This document shows, piece after piece, positions 1 through 9,935 of a DNA stretch of 64,000 nt. The number at the start of each line of letters is the position of its first letter. Within the stretch, counting starts at the first letter, position 1. The DNA lies in assembly GCA_029940535.1 (NCBI GenBank), contig JAPYUM010000009.1:13607-77606 (forward strand), given 5' to 3'. The DNA is from Vicinamibacterales bacterium. Lineage in GTDB: Bacteria; Acidobacteriota; Vicinamibacteria; Vicinamibacterales; UBA8438. The notes below the pieces were generated by a model, which was not told the origin of the DNA, made no database searches, and worked only from the letters and a program-made list of their open reading frames with translations. The position numbers and the translations under genes were made by a program.

Positions 1-74
1 GTCGGCGCGACCCGCACCGGGTCGCTCTGCAGCACCGCGGTGACAGCGAGGAACAGCGCAACGATGAAGGTCAT
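1..74 (-). CDS. 5' end of a CDS that runs off the left edge (visible N-terminus MTFIVALFLAVTAVLQSDPVRVAP, hydrophobic)
   Basis: ATG at 72-74 (minus) with GAGGAG 6 nt upstream (complement of 81-86). Frame stays open to the window edge. Only 24 codons are visible. Confidence 0.35.
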   Translation of the reverse strand, partial: MTFIVALFLAVTAVLQSDPVRVAP

Positions 75-160
75 GGGGTTCTCCTCATGGTGTCTTGGCG
101 AGGAAAGTCTACCTGCGTCCTGCACGGAGCGGTCCGACGGATTAAGATCGCCATCGAACC

Positions 161-1708
161 ATGACAATACTGCCGTTGCGTTTGAGTCTCTTGCTCGGGT
201 GTGTGGTCGCACTCGCCGTGCCGGCCGCCGCGCAGACTGGCGTCGAGGTGGCGCGCGCCTACCGCGAGACGCACGCTTCGGCGATCGTCCGTGATTTTGC
301 CGAGATGCTGGCGTACCCCAATCGGGCGCGAGATCTCGACGACGTCGCGCGAGCCGCGGCATACATCCGAGACCAGATGCGCGACGCTGGGGTCGAGACG
401 CGGTTGCTCACCCTCGACGGCGTTCCGCCGATGGTCTTTGGCGAGCTGCGGAGGCCGGGCGCGACGCGCACGCTCGGCCTCTATGCCCACTACGACGGTC
501 AGCCGGTCGATCCGTCGAATTGGACCCACCCGCCGTTCGAGCCAACGCTCTACACCGCGGCGATGGACGCCGGTGGGCAGCCCCGCGATTTGCCCATGGA
601 CACCGAGGTGGTCGATCCCGAATGGCGTATCTACGCTCGGTCGGCCGGCGACGACAAGGCGCCGATCCAGGCATTCCTGTCCGTGTTGCGGGCGTTCCGA
701 GACGGCGGCATCGCTCCGACCTCCAATCTCATCTTCTTGTTCGATGGGCAGGAGGAGGCGGGGTCGCGTCGGCTCGGCGACTACATGGAACAGGTGCGTG
801 ATCGCGTCGACGATGTCGATGTGTGGCTGTTCTGTGACGGGCCGGCGCATCAGAGCGGCCGCCCGCTGCTGGCGTTTGGTGCGCGTGGATCGATGGGGAT
901 GGAAGTCACTGTCTACGGCGCCATCCGCAACCTGCACTCGGGACATTACGGGAACTGGGCGCCGGACACGGGGATGATTCTCGCGCGCTTGTTGTCGTCG
1001 ATGAAGGACGAGCGCGGGCGGGTCCTGGTCGACGGGTGGTATGACACGACCGAGCCGCTGGGGGCGGAAGCGGCGGCGGCGCTGCGGGCGATGCCCGACT
1101 GGGATGACGAGCTGAAACGGGAGCTGGGTCTCGTCCGCACGGAAGGCGAGCCCCAGACCCTGCCCGAGCGGCTCATGGTGCCGGCGTTGAATGTGCGGGG
1201 AATGACGAGCGGAAACACCGGGTCGCTGGCCCGCAATATCATTCCGAACACCGCGGTGGCGGCGTTGGGCATCCGGCTCGTCCAGGGCAACGACCCGGCT
1301 CAGCTGCGTCAGCTCATCGTCGACCACATCGAGCGACAGGGCTTTCGCGTGGTGGCCGACGATCCCGATGTCGACACCCGACTGCGCTATCCGCTCATTG
1401 CGAAGGTGACCGGTGGCGGTGGCTCGGTGGCCGCCCGCACGCCGATGTCAGACCCATTCGTCCAACAGGTCATCGCGGCCGCGACCGAGGCCGCTGACCG
1501 TGCGTTCGTGGAGGGCGCGTTGGTGCTGTCGCCCGGACTGGGTGGCACGCTCCCGATCGCGTTGTTCACCGACGTCTGGCGAAAGCCGGCTATCGTGGTG
1601 CCGGTCGCGAACCACGACAACAATCAGCACGCGCCGGACGAGAACCTGCGACTCGCCAACCTCTGGTATGGCATCGACCTGTTCTCCGAGATCATGACGA
1701 TGCCCTGA
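161..1708 (+). CDS. Secreted M20-family metallopeptidase (dipeptidase / ArgE-DapE-like)
   Basis: 515-aa ORF with a signal peptide ending AVPAAAQ. SAGDDKAPIQAF motif and length are typical of M20 dipeptidases. Confidence 0.85.
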   Translation: MTILPLRLSLLLGCVVALAVPAAAQTGVEVARAYRETHASAIVRDFAEMLAYPNRARDLDDVARAAAYIRDQMRDAGVETRLLTLDGVPPMVFGELRRPGATRTLGLYAHYDGQPVDPSNWTHPPFEPTLYTAAMDAGGQPRDLPMDTEVVDPEWRIYARSAGDDKAPIQAFLSVLRAFRDGGIAPTSNLIFLFDGQEEAGSRRLGDYMEQVRDRVDDVDVWLFCDGPAHQSGRPLLAFGARGSMGMEVTVYGAIRNLHSGHYGNWAPDTGMILARLLSSMKDERGRVLVDGWYDTTEPLGAEAAAALRAMPDWDDELKRELGLVRTEGEPQTLPERLMVPALNVRGMTSGNTGSLARNIIPNTAVAALGIRLVQGNDPAQLRQLIVDHIERQGFRVVADDPDVDTRLRYPLIAKVTGGGGSVAARTPMSDPFVQQVIAAATEAADRAFVEGALVLSPGLGGTLPIALFTDVWRKPAIVVPVANHDNNQHAPDENLRLANLWYGIDLFSEIMTMP

Positions 1709-1753
1709 GGGCGGCGCCGAGCCGCGCGGCGCGTTGCGATACCATGGGGCCGC

Positions 1754-2860
1754 ATGCAGCGGCAGTTTCAACCCGTGTCCAGGACACTTGGCGCCGTGTT
1801 CGCCCTGTTCTTGGTCGGGGCCACGCCGGCCTCGGCGCATCCGGCGCCGTTCAGTTTTGTCGATGTCCGCGTTGACGCGACCACCGTCGATCTGGAGGTG
1901 GTGCTGCATGTGTTCGACGTCGCCTACGAGTTGGGGGTCGAGCCGTCGGAGGTGTTCACCTCTGGCGTTCTCGAAACCGCGGGCACGCGTCTGGCCAATC
2001 TGCTGCGTGAGCGACTGCACTTCACCGTCGACGGGCGGCGGCTGGTGGTCGATGCGACGGCGTGGTCCGCGCCGGATCCGCTGGTGGAGCGACAGTCGGT
2101 GAGTCTGCGGGCGCGGGTAGCGCTCGAGCGGGGACCAGGCGTATTCGAGGTCGCGGCCGAAATGTTTCCATACGACCCGGCCCACCAGACGTTTATCAAT
2201 TTTTATGATGCCGGCGAGCTGACCTCGCAGGCGATTCTCGGTGGCGATGACACGAGCGCGGAGTACTTTGTCGGCAGCCGCCAGGGGACTCTGGCGGTCA
2301 TCCAGAAGTTCGTGCCGCAGGGCGTCTATCACATCCTCATCGGACCGGACCACCTCCTGTTTCTCGTCGGGTTGCTCCTGCTCGGCGGTCCGATTCGCCG
2401 CTTGCTTCTGGTTATCACTGGGTTTACGGTGGCCCACAGCGTCACCCTGGTGCTGGCGGTGCTCGGGCTGGTATCGCCGCCTGGCGGCGTGGTTGAGCCG
2501 ATCATCGCGCTCAGCATCGTGTATGTTGGAGCTGATAACCTGCTGGTGCGCGAAGGGCGGGACATGCGGGTCTGGATTGCCCTCGTGTTTGGCTTGATCC
2601 ACGGGTTCGGATTTGCCAGCGTGTTACGTGAAATGGGTTTGCCGAGCGGCGCTCTTGGCTGGTCGCTCTTTTCGTTCAATATTGGCGTAGAAATCGGGCA
2701 GGTGGCGGTCGCGGTGGTGGTCGCCTCGGCTCTGATGGCGCTCCGGCGGCGCAGCGACCTGGTCGGGCGCCGGGTGGCGGTCATCGGCTCCATCGCGGTG
2801 ATGGCGGCCGGGGCGTTCTGGTTCATTCAACGGGTCTTTTTTTCCGGAGGCATGGCATGA
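1754..2860 (+). CDS. HupE/UreJ-family membrane protein with an N-terminal exported domain
   Basis: Signal peptide (ATPASAHP). The C-terminal half is multi-TM with HILIGPDHLLFLVGLLLL, FTVAHSVTL and HGFGFASVL motifs. Confidence 0.8.
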   Translation: MQRQFQPVSRTLGAVFALFLVGATPASAHPAPFSFVDVRVDATTVDLEVVLHVFDVAYELGVEPSEVFTSGVLETAGTRLANLLRERLHFTVDGRRLVVDATAWSAPDPLVERQSVSLRARVALERGPGVFEVAAEMFPYDPAHQTFINFYDAGELTSQAILGGDDTSAEYFVGSRQGTLAVIQKFVPQGVYHILIGPDHLLFLVGLLLLGGPIRRLLLVITGFTVAHSVTLVLAVLGLVSPPGGVVEPIIALSIVYVGADNLLVREGRDMRVWIALVFGLIHGFGFASVLREMGLPSGALGWSLFSFNIGVEIGQVAVAVVVASALMALRRRSDLVGRRVAVIGSIAVMAAGAFWFIQRVFFSGGMA

Positions 2861-3825
2861 AAAGGGAAGTCGCGCTGGGAGTGTTGGTACTGGGCGGTGC
2901 GCTGGTGATGGCCTGCGCGGGTGGGCAGGAAGCTGAGCCGATGGCTGAGGCACCGGCTGAGGCACCGGCGGAGGCGCCGGCCGAGGCACCGCCTGAGAAC
3001 GTCGTCGAGGTCGAGCGCCTCGAGGACAACCTGTTCGTGCTCCGGGGCGGCGGCGGCAACTCGGCTGCGTTCATCACCGCCGATGGCGTCGTCCTGGTTG
3101 ACACGAAGCTGACGGGCTGGGGCCAACCGCTCATCGACGCCATCGGCGAGCTGACATCGAACCCGATCACGACCATCATCAACACCCACGCGCATTTTGA
3201 CCATGTGGACGGCAGCGTCGAATTTCCGGCGACGGTCGAGTTCGTGGCCCACGAGAACACGCAGCGGCTGATGCGGGAAAACAACGCGGTGCGCGGCATT
3301 CAGCCGGAGCCGCGGCCCAGTCCCTTTGATGGAGACGACGGCGTCGGGATCCCCGAGCGGACCTTTACGGACACGCTGACCCTCGGGAGCGACAGCGACA
3401 CCGTCGAGTTGCACTATTTCGGGCGCGCCCACACCGGTGGCGACATCTGGGTCGAGTTTCCCTCGCTGCGCACCGTGCACGCCGGTGACGCGTTCCCAAA
3501 CACCATGGTCCCGATCATGGACTCGAACAACGGTGGGAGCGGCGTCGACTATCCTGAGACGCTCCGGAGCGCGTCGGAGGGCCTCACGGACATCGATCGG
3601 GTGATTACGGGGCACGGCCCGGTCATGACATTCGACGGCCTGGGCGAGTACGCTGATTTTGTGGCCGGTTTCGTCTCGGCGGCACAGGCGGCGAAGGCGG
3701 CCGGCACGTCGGCCGCCGACTTCGTGGCCGGCTGGGAACCCTCGGGCGACTATGCCGACTACACCAAGGGGCCGGCCGAGCGTCTGACGGTGTATGTGCA
3801 GGACATCTACGACGCCACGGAGTAG
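2857..3825 (+). CDS. MBL-fold metallo-hydrolase, predicted lipoprotein
   Basis: ATGA start/stop overlap with the upstream gene. Lipobox LVMACAGG and an (AEAP)n linker. INTHAHFDHVDG is an HxHxDH-type metal motif. Confidence 0.85.
   Translation: MKREVALGVLVLGGALVMACAGGQEAEPMAEAPAEAPAEAPAEAPPENVVEVERLEDNLFVLRGGGGNSAAFITADGVVLVDTKLTGWGQPLIDAIGELTSNPITTIINTHAHFDHVDGSVEFPATVEFVAHENTQRLMRENNAVRGIQPEPRPSPFDGDDGVGIPERTFTDTLTLGSDSDTVELHYFGRAHTGGDIWVEFPSLRTVHAGDAFPNTMVPIMDSNNGGSGVDYPETLRSASEGLTDIDRVITGHGPVMTFDGLGEYADFVAGFVSAAQAAKAAGTSAADFVAGWEPSGDYADYTKGPAERLTVYVQDIYDATE
2944..2991 (+). repeat. 12-bp tandem repeat x4 (gctgaggcaccg and variants) encoding an AEAP linker
   Basis: Four consecutive in-frame 12-mers are read directly from the sequence, with flanking degenerate copies. 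Confidence 0.9.
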
Positions 3826-3942
3826 CGTCGGAGGCCCCGGCATCGACAATAAGGGGTGACCGGACATCGCCGGATCGGGATAATAGCGCCAGGACATGCA
3901 GCGGTTGCCTCCACACAACCGCTTGAGAAAGGGATCGACCAT

Positions 3943-5106
3943 ATGTCGAAGCAGACCACCCGTCGCGAAGTGCTCAAGGGGGGCGCGGCCATGGCCGGGC
4001 TCGGTGCGCTCGGTTTTCCTCAGTGGGGCCTCCCAGCGCTGGCCCAAGGCGAGACGCTCGTCGAGTTCACCGATCTGCCGGATGAGATCGTGTTGGAACG
4101 GACGCCTGACCGCCGGATCATCGAGGTCCGCGACATCGACGGACCGATCACACCGGCCAATAAATGGTTTACGACCCAGCACTACGGCCACCCGGCCGTC
4201 GACCGGGCGACCTATCGGTTGCGGGTCTCCGGAATGGTCGACTCCCCGCTTGAGCTCTCGCTGGCGGACCTTCGTGCGATGCCCAGCCGGGAACTCGTCT
4301 TCGGGTTCGAGTGCTCAGGCAATCGAGGCCCGCAGAATGGGCTCTCGAGCAACGGCCGGTGGAACGGCGTCTCGTTGCGCACCGTGCTCGATCGAGCCGG
4401 CATCCAGGATGCGGCCAGCGAGTTTGTTTTCTTCGGGGCGGACCGCGGGGAGGAAGAGGTCAATTTTCGTGGTCGCATGACGACCGTGGAGCAGCAGTAT
4501 GGGAGGAGCCTGCGCCGTCACGTCGCCCTGTCGGACGAGCCGATGCTGGCCTATGCCCTGAACGGCGATCCCTTGACCGTTCACCAGGGGAGCCCGCTGC
4601 GTCTCCTGGTGCCGGGATGGTACGGCGCCCCGAACGTCAAGTTCCTCTCCGAGATACATGTGCAAGAGGACCAGTATCTTGGCAAGTTCCAGACGCACTG
4701 GTATCGCACGCTGAAAGGCGAGAGGATCAACGGCGAGATGAAATGGGTGGAGACCGCCATCAGCAAGATGCGGCTGAAGTCCTACATCGCGCGGGTGACC
4801 AAGTTGGGGAACCAGCACAAGGTGTTCGGCGTGATCATGCACGACGGCACCCCGATCCAATCGGTCGAGGTCCGCATCGACGATGGTCCCTGGCAGGCGG
4901 CGACGCTCGACCCGTCGACCAGCGAGAAATACTCGTGGAAGTTCTTCAGCTACGACTGGATGGGCGCGACGCCGGGTGAGCACACCGTGACGTCACGGGC
5001 CACTGACACCAGCGGCTATGTGCAGCCGACGTCCGAAGAACTCGAGGTCAAGAAGACCTTCCTTGAGCAGAACAATCAGCATCCGCGGACGTTGATCATC
5101 ACGTAA
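3943..5106 (+). CDS. TAT-exported molybdopterin oxidoreductase of the sulfite-oxidase (SorA/SUOX) family
   Basis: Twin-arginine leader MSKQTTRREVLKGGAAMAGLGALG. FECSGNRGP resembles the Mo-ligand Cys motif. The C-terminal part looks like a Mo-co dimerisation domain. I prefer the ATG at 3943 over the ORF-track start at 3856. Confidence 0.85.
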   Translation: MSKQTTRREVLKGGAAMAGLGALGFPQWGLPALAQGETLVEFTDLPDEIVLERTPDRRIIEVRDIDGPITPANKWFTTQHYGHPAVDRATYRLRVSGMVDSPLELSLADLRAMPSRELVFGFECSGNRGPQNGLSSNGRWNGVSLRTVLDRAGIQDAASEFVFFGADRGEEEVNFRGRMTTVEQQYGRSLRRHVALSDEPMLAYALNGDPLTVHQGSPLRLLVPGWYGAPNVKFLSEIHVQEDQYLGKFQTHWYRTLKGERINGEMKWVETAISKMRLKSYIARVTKLGNQHKVFGVIMHDGTPIQSVEVRIDDGPWQAATLDPSTSEKYSWKFFSYDWMGATPGEHTVTSRATDTSGYVQPTSEELEVKKTFLEQNNQHPRTLIIT

Positions 5107-5170
5107 AGGAACGAAGCGGTGAGCCCAGGGCATCGGGCTTCAGGCTACGGTTCTCGGACAGACACGGCAG

Positions 5171-5201
5171 CGGCCCTCCGGATGTGAAATCTGGAGGGCC
5201 G
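5171..5201 (+). terminator. Putative intrinsic terminator hairpin
   Basis: cggccctccgga / tctggagggccg stem of about 12 bp with one G-U pair and a short loop, followed by tttgtcgtg. It lies between convergent genes. Confidence 0.5.
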
Positions 5202-5279
5202 TTTGTCGTGTACGCGCGAACAGTGTGAAGGCTCTTGGTACGGCGTCCTCGACGGGGACGATCCGCGTGCATCCTCAAC

Positions 5280-6041
5280 TCAGTCGATCGCAAAACAATA
5301 GAACAGTCCGGCGCCGCCGGTGGCCACCAAATCCTCCTGGCCGCAGCCGCGTGACGGGTGCTCCGAGTTCCACGAGTTGACGCCGTCACCACGGCCGATG
5401 CGGTCGTGATGGCCCAGCATGGCGCTGCCGTCATCGCTGGATGTCCAGTTGCCGCACGAGCGGTCCTCGCCGGCCGGAAACGCGGTGCCGTCCGCTTGCG
5501 ACCCGGTCAGGATATCGTGGCGATTGGGGTCGTCGCCGACGCCGTTCACCGGGTCCAGTCGCTCGGTGGTGGCGCGTTCCTTGTTCACGTTGTTGTCGTC
5601 GCTGTGCAGCGTGTCGACACTGGCCGCAATCAACAGCGCCTCGGCGTTGTACCAGGGACCCGTGCCGATCCGGTCGCGCGCGTGCACGGCGGGCCCCGTG
5701 TCCGTCGCCGAGGTGCTCAGATACGCGCGCCACGTGTGGTCACCGGCATACTCCGCCTGGGCCAGTGCCTGGCAGTGGGCGTCAGCCCCCTCCAGACCGC
5801 CAAGATCGCCGCCATTGCCTGGCCCGACACTGGTTATGAAGAAGGTCGTGACTGACTTGGCGCCGCCCATCTCGATCATGTCCGGCACGGCGGTTTCTGG
5901 CTCCGCCTCGGGCGGCGCGGTGGGCGCGGTTGCGGCCGACTCCGGCGCCGGGGCTTCGGCCGTATCACCGCAAGCGACGAGGCCGACCGACAAGAGGCAG
6001 GCCAGACTGGCGATACTGAGTGTGCGCGTGAGGTGCGTCAT
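5280..6041 (-). CDS. Lipoprotein of unknown function (possibly DUF1554-like)
   Basis: AGGAGA RBS and lipobox LVACGD. Pro/Ala-rich linker, then GNGGDLGGLEGADAHCQ and several conserved Cys. The family assignment is only a recollection. Confidence 0.7.
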   Translation of the reverse strand: MTHLTRTLSIASLACLLSVGLVACGDTAEAPAPESAATAPTAPPEAEPETAVPDMIEMGGAKSVTTFFITSVGPGNGGDLGGLEGADAHCQALAQAEYAGDHTWRAYLSTSATDTGPAVHARDRIGTGPWYNAEALLIAASVDTLHSDDNNVNKERATTERLDPVNGVGDDPNRHDILTGSQADGTAFPAGEDRSCGNWTSSDDGSAMLGHHDRIGRGDGVNSWNSEHPSRGCGQEDLVATGGAGLFYCFAID

Positions 6042-6222
6042 CTGAGTTCTCCTGTCCGGTATTCTCCCTCTTCTCGCTTCCTGAGGGAACGTGGGAGCCG
6101 GCGGTCTTCAGACCGGCCGGGGGCGGGCCTGAAGACCCGCGGCTACGAAAGACGAGACGCCGTCGGTATAATCGCTCCACTTCTCGTTACAACTGAACGG
6201 ACGTGTGAGGTATCACGACGGC

Positions 6223-6918
6223 ATGGAACCGAAACGATTCTTGATCACGGGGGGGAGCCAGGGGATCGGCGCCGCGCTGGTCCGATTGGCGCGAGCGGCT
6301 GGGCACACCGTGGTGTTCACCGGCCGGCACGACGAGACCCTCACCCAGGTAGCGACCGAGACCGGCGCATTCGGGCTCAAGGCCGACAGTGGCATCGACA
6401 CCGAGAACGAGATGACGGTCGACGTCTGCCGGCAGCGTATGGGTGGCATCGACGTGCTGGTCAACAACGCCGCGTCCTGGTATGACGCCGCCATCGGTGA
6501 GCTCGACCTCGGGGCGATGCGCCGGCTGTTCGACAGCAACGTCTTTGGCATGGTCGATCTGACGAATCGGGTGGTGCCCCTCATGAAAGCCCAGGAGCGC
6601 GGCGACATTGTCAACCTGTCTTCGACCTCCGGTACCAAGGGGCGCAAGCTCGGAACCGCCTACGCCGCCAGTAAGTGGGCCGTGCGCGGCATTACCCAGT
6701 GCTGGCAGGCCGAACTCCGTCCTCATAGCATTCGCGTGGTGAGCATCTGTCCATCCGAGGTCCAGACGCGGTGGGGCGGTCGGGAGGGGCGTGACAATCC
6801 GAACAAGCTGTACGCGGTCGATATTGCCGAGACGGTCATGGCCGCGCTGGCGATGCATCCGCGGGCATTCTGGCCGGAGCTGTCGGTGTTTGCCACGAAC
6901 CCGTGGAACGAAGAGTAA
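6223..6918 (+). CDS. Short-chain dehydrogenase/reductase (SDR)
   Basis: ITGGSQGIGAALV (TGxxxGIG motif), NNAA, and the YAASKWAV catalytic YxxxK. Confidence 0.9.
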   Translation: MEPKRFLITGGSQGIGAALVRLARAAGHTVVFTGRHDETLTQVATETGAFGLKADSGIDTENEMTVDVCRQRMGGIDVLVNNAASWYDAAIGELDLGAMRRLFDSNVFGMVDLTNRVVPLMKAQERGDIVNLSSTSGTKGRKLGTAYAASKWAVRGITQCWQAELRPHSIRVVSICPSEVQTRWGGREGRDNPNKLYAVDIAETVMAALAMHPRAFWPELSVFATNPWNEE

Positions 6919-8480
6919 TGAAGAGCGAGGGGGCTGCGATGACGGCGCGTGACGCATTCGGATATCGATGGAGGTGGGTCGGCGTCGTCGTGGTGGTGCT
7001 GTCGACCGCGGTCGCCGCAGCGGCTCAGCCGGCGCCGCTGGTGAATGCCGCCGGCGAGGTGCGTGAGGAAGCCTACGACCATTTGCGGCGGGCCCTGTCT
7101 GGGGCTGACCAGGCCTATGGTCGGATCGATGGACGCGAACTGAAGGGCTGGATGAACGACGTCGTGGCGATCTCCCGTCAGAGTCGTGACGACGGTCACC
7201 GGTATTGGGGCCGGATTGCCGGCACCGAGTATGAGGTCTTGGCGGCCGACTGGACCGAGCGGCACTTTCGCCGGCTGGGCATGGAAACCGTACATCGGGT
7301 CGACTTCGACCTGCGGCCGCAGTGGTTCCCGGTGGACTGGAGCCTGACCGCCAGCGGCGGCGGCCAGCAATTGACTTTCGCGTCGGCGAACCCGGCGACC
7401 GGGTCGCCGTCGTTCCCCCAGGGCATCGAGGCGGAGGCGGTGTGGGTCGGGCTCGGGACCGCGGCCGATTTCGCCGGGCGTGACGTGGCCGGCAAAGCGG
7501 TGATCATTCAGACGATCTTGGCGCCTGGGCAGATGGGGAACTCTGCCTCGTGGGAAGGCGCGACCATCCGGGCTGAGGCGGCCGGTGCGGCGCTGATTGT
7601 CGGCATCTGGGGCTACGGAGGCAATCTCGCCGTCTGGCAGAGCACGAACGCGTTTCAGATGGTGCGCAACGACGACGGGACCTCCCGCTACGTGAGCGAG
7701 AGTGTCGACACCCCTGGGTTCTTCATGGGGTTCGAGGACGGTCGCACGTTGCGAGACCTGGTGGCGACGGGGCAACCGGTCACCGTGTCGGCGCGGGCCG
7801 AGACCGAGACCCGCGAAGGGCTGTGGAGCCCGAGTATTTACGGAACCTTGCCCGGGACGACTGACGAGACCATCTACGTCATGGCGCACATGGATGGGTA
7901 CTACGACGCGGCCCTCGACAACGCGTCCGGCATGGCGGTCATGATCGGGCTGGCCGAGCAGTTCGCCCGGGTCCCCGACGCCCAACGTCGCCGGAACATC
8001 ACGTTCATCGGCACCGCCGGCCATCATGTCGGTTCGCCGAACGCGCCGTATCTCCGCGACCAGGGCATGCTCGAGAAGGCCGCGCTGATGCTGAACCTCG
8101 AGCACATCGCGCCCACGCAGTTCATCGCCTTCAACAATGAGCTGCGATTGACCAACACCGTGTCTCCGCGCCGATGGTGGGTGCATGGGAGCTCACGTCT
8201 GTTGGATATCACCCTGGACGCTTACCGCACGTTCGGGGTCACGCTCATCGGCGAGATGGATGGGCGGGCGACGGGAGAAATGATGGCCATCGACAAAGAC
8301 GCGCCGTCGGTGCAGTTGATCCGGTCGCCCGAGCACAAACACACCGACGGCGACATTCCGGCCCTGGTGCCGGCGGCCGGGCTCGAGGCGGTGGCCCGCG
8401 CGTTCGCGAAAATCATCGACCAGGTCAATACGTTGGATCTGGCCGAGCTGCAGCCGGCGCCGATGCGGTCGAGCCGGTAG
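6918..8480 (+). CDS. Secreted M28-family aminopeptidase with PA domain
   Basis: TAATG overlap with the SDR stop codon, and a signal peptide. HMDGYYDAALDNASGMAVMIGLAE is a typical M28 zinc site. Confidence 0.85.
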   Translation: MKSEGAAMTARDAFGYRWRWVGVVVVVLSTAVAAAAQPAPLVNAAGEVREEAYDHLRRALSGADQAYGRIDGRELKGWMNDVVAISRQSRDDGHRYWGRIAGTEYEVLAADWTERHFRRLGMETVHRVDFDLRPQWFPVDWSLTASGGGQQLTFASANPATGSPSFPQGIEAEAVWVGLGTAADFAGRDVAGKAVIIQTILAPGQMGNSASWEGATIRAEAAGAALIVGIWGYGGNLAVWQSTNAFQMVRNDDGTSRYVSESVDTPGFFMGFEDGRTLRDLVATGQPVTVSARAETETREGLWSPSIYGTLPGTTDETIYVMAHMDGYYDAALDNASGMAVMIGLAEQFARVPDAQRRRNITFIGTAGHHVGSPNAPYLRDQGMLEKAALMLNLEHIAPTQFIAFNNELRLTNTVSPRRWWVHGSSRLLDITLDAYRTFGVTLIGEMDGRATGEMMAIDKDAPSVQLIRSPEHKHTDGDIPALVPAAGLEAVARAFAKIIDQVNTLDLAELQPAPMRSSR

Positions 8481-8566
8481 GCGGTGCGTGCTCAACGTCA
8501 CACCCGCTCGGTCACGATAGATTCGTAGCCGCGGGTCATCAGACCCGCTCAGGGAGCCCCGACGCG

Positions 8567-9808
8567 ATGCGTGTAATTCTTTCTTCTCGGCGATGCCCGG
8601 GTTCGACCGCCGTGGTGGCGGCTATCACGCTGCTACTGGTCGGCGCCGTCGGCGCCACAGCTCAGCCGCCCGGGCTGCCGCCACTGCCCCTGCCGGATGG
8701 CCCACGAGTGTTCGACACGGCAGAGCATCCCCAGGTGCGCCTGGTTGTCGTGACGAAGGGCCTGTCACATCCATGGGGCCTGGCGTTTCTCCCGGACGGG
8801 CGTCTTCTCGTGACGGAGCGAGACGGTCGCCTCCGGGTCATTCGCGACGGTCTACTCGACCCCGAACCGGTGTCCGGCGTGCCGGCGGTCCACGCCCGGG
8901 GGCTCGCAGGGTTGATGGACGTTGCGATTCATCCACAGTTCTCTGAGAATGGACTGGTCTACCTCGCCTACTCCAAGCCGATGGGCCCCACCGAGAACGA
9001 TCGGGTGGAGGTGCGAGTGGCGCTCGCCCGGGGTCGGCTGGATGGGATGGCGCTGCGGGACGTGCGCGATCTGTTCGTGTCGGATCCGGTGGGTGGCGGT
9101 GGCACCGCGGCCTCGCGGGTGGTCTTCGGCCCCGACGGCACCGTATTTATGACCGTGGGAGGCGCGTTTGGCGCCAGCGCCGGAGGACAGCGCGCTCAGG
9201 ACCCCGCCAACACGATCGGCAAGCTGGTGCGGCTCACGGACGACGGTGGCATCCCGGCCGACAATCCGTTCGTGGGTCGAGACGGCCACCGGCCGGAAAT
9301 TTTTTCCTCAGGACATCGCAATCAGCTCGGTCTGACCATTCATCCCGAGACCGGGGCGGTCTGGGCGCACGAGAACGGGCCGCAGGGCGGAGACGAGGTG
9401 AACCTCATTCGCGCCGGGGCCAACTATGGGTGGCCGGTCGTCTCCCATAGTCGGGAGTACACCGGCGGTCGCGTAGCGGATCGTACCTGGCAGGAGGGGA
9501 TGACGCCGTCCGAGATCGTGTGGCTGCCGGCAATCGCCCCGTCCGGCATGGTCTTCTATGACGGCGACAGGTTTCCCGCGTGGCAGGGTAATCTCTTCGT
9601 CGGTTCCCTCAGAATCGGAAGCATCCGCAACACCGGGCATCTGCAACGGATTGTCTTCAACGAACGTGGCGAAGAGGCGCGCCGAGAATCACTCCTAATG
9701 GAACTCAGACAGCGGATCCGAGACGTGCGGCAAGGGCCTGATGGTCTGCTTTACGTTCTCACCGACGCCGATGAAGCGGCGCTCCTGAGGATCGAACCGG
9801 TCGATTAA
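8567..9808 (+). CDS. PQQ-dependent sugar dehydrogenase (soluble glucose/sorbosone dehydrogenase family)
   Basis: AGGGAG RBS and a signal peptide. LSHPWGLAFLPDGRLLVTERDGRLRVI and GHRNQLGL motifs. The N-terminal extension from 8174 is rejected. Confidence 0.9.
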   Translation: MRVILSSRRCPGSTAVVAAITLLLVGAVGATAQPPGLPPLPLPDGPRVFDTAEHPQVRLVVVTKGLSHPWGLAFLPDGRLLVTERDGRLRVIRDGLLDPEPVSGVPAVHARGLAGLMDVAIHPQFSENGLVYLAYSKPMGPTENDRVEVRVALARGRLDGMALRDVRDLFVSDPVGGGGTAASRVVFGPDGTVFMTVGGAFGASAGGQRAQDPANTIGKLVRLTDDGGIPADNPFVGRDGHRPEIFSSGHRNQLGLTIHPETGAVWAHENGPQGGDEVNLIRAGANYGWPVVSHSREYTGGRVADRTWQEGMTPSEIVWLPAIAPSGMVFYDGDRFPAWQGNLFVGSLRIGSIRNTGHLQRIVFNERGEEARRESLLMELRQRIRDVRQGPDGLLYVLTDADEAALLRIEPVD

Positions 9809-9907
9809 CGGGGCGCTGGCGAGTCGGTAGGGCGTGCCTGTCCGGTACTGCCGCGAGGGGTTGGAAAGAGGCGCTCGAGTGCGCGGCCATCGTAGTCGGT
9901 GCGAGAT

Positions 9908-9935
9908 TGTTTTAATGTGCTACAATGTAGCACAT
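9908..9935 (+). promoter_or_regulatory. Putative promoter/operator of the phd-vapC module
   Basis: TG-n-TTTAAT (9908-9916) and TACAAT (9921-9926) are -10-like boxes. A 21-bp perfect palindrome ATGTGCTACA-A-TGTAGCACAT (9915-9935) overlaps the ATG at 9934. Confidence 0.45.

Noticed and set aside
71-1327. 418-aa minus-strand ORF, plus similar long shadow ORFs at 6723-8186, 28316-29884, 23563-24810 and 48518-49654
   Set aside because: All overlap motif-supported genes on the opposite strand or in another frame. All have Arg/Pro-rich low-complexity translations.
8174-8566. N-terminal extensions of ORF-track entries (also 39320-39466, 29209-29463, 48095-48502, 30269-30505)
   Set aside because: The extensions overlap upstream genes or are low-complexity. 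Internal starts give proper signal peptides or Walker-A spacing.
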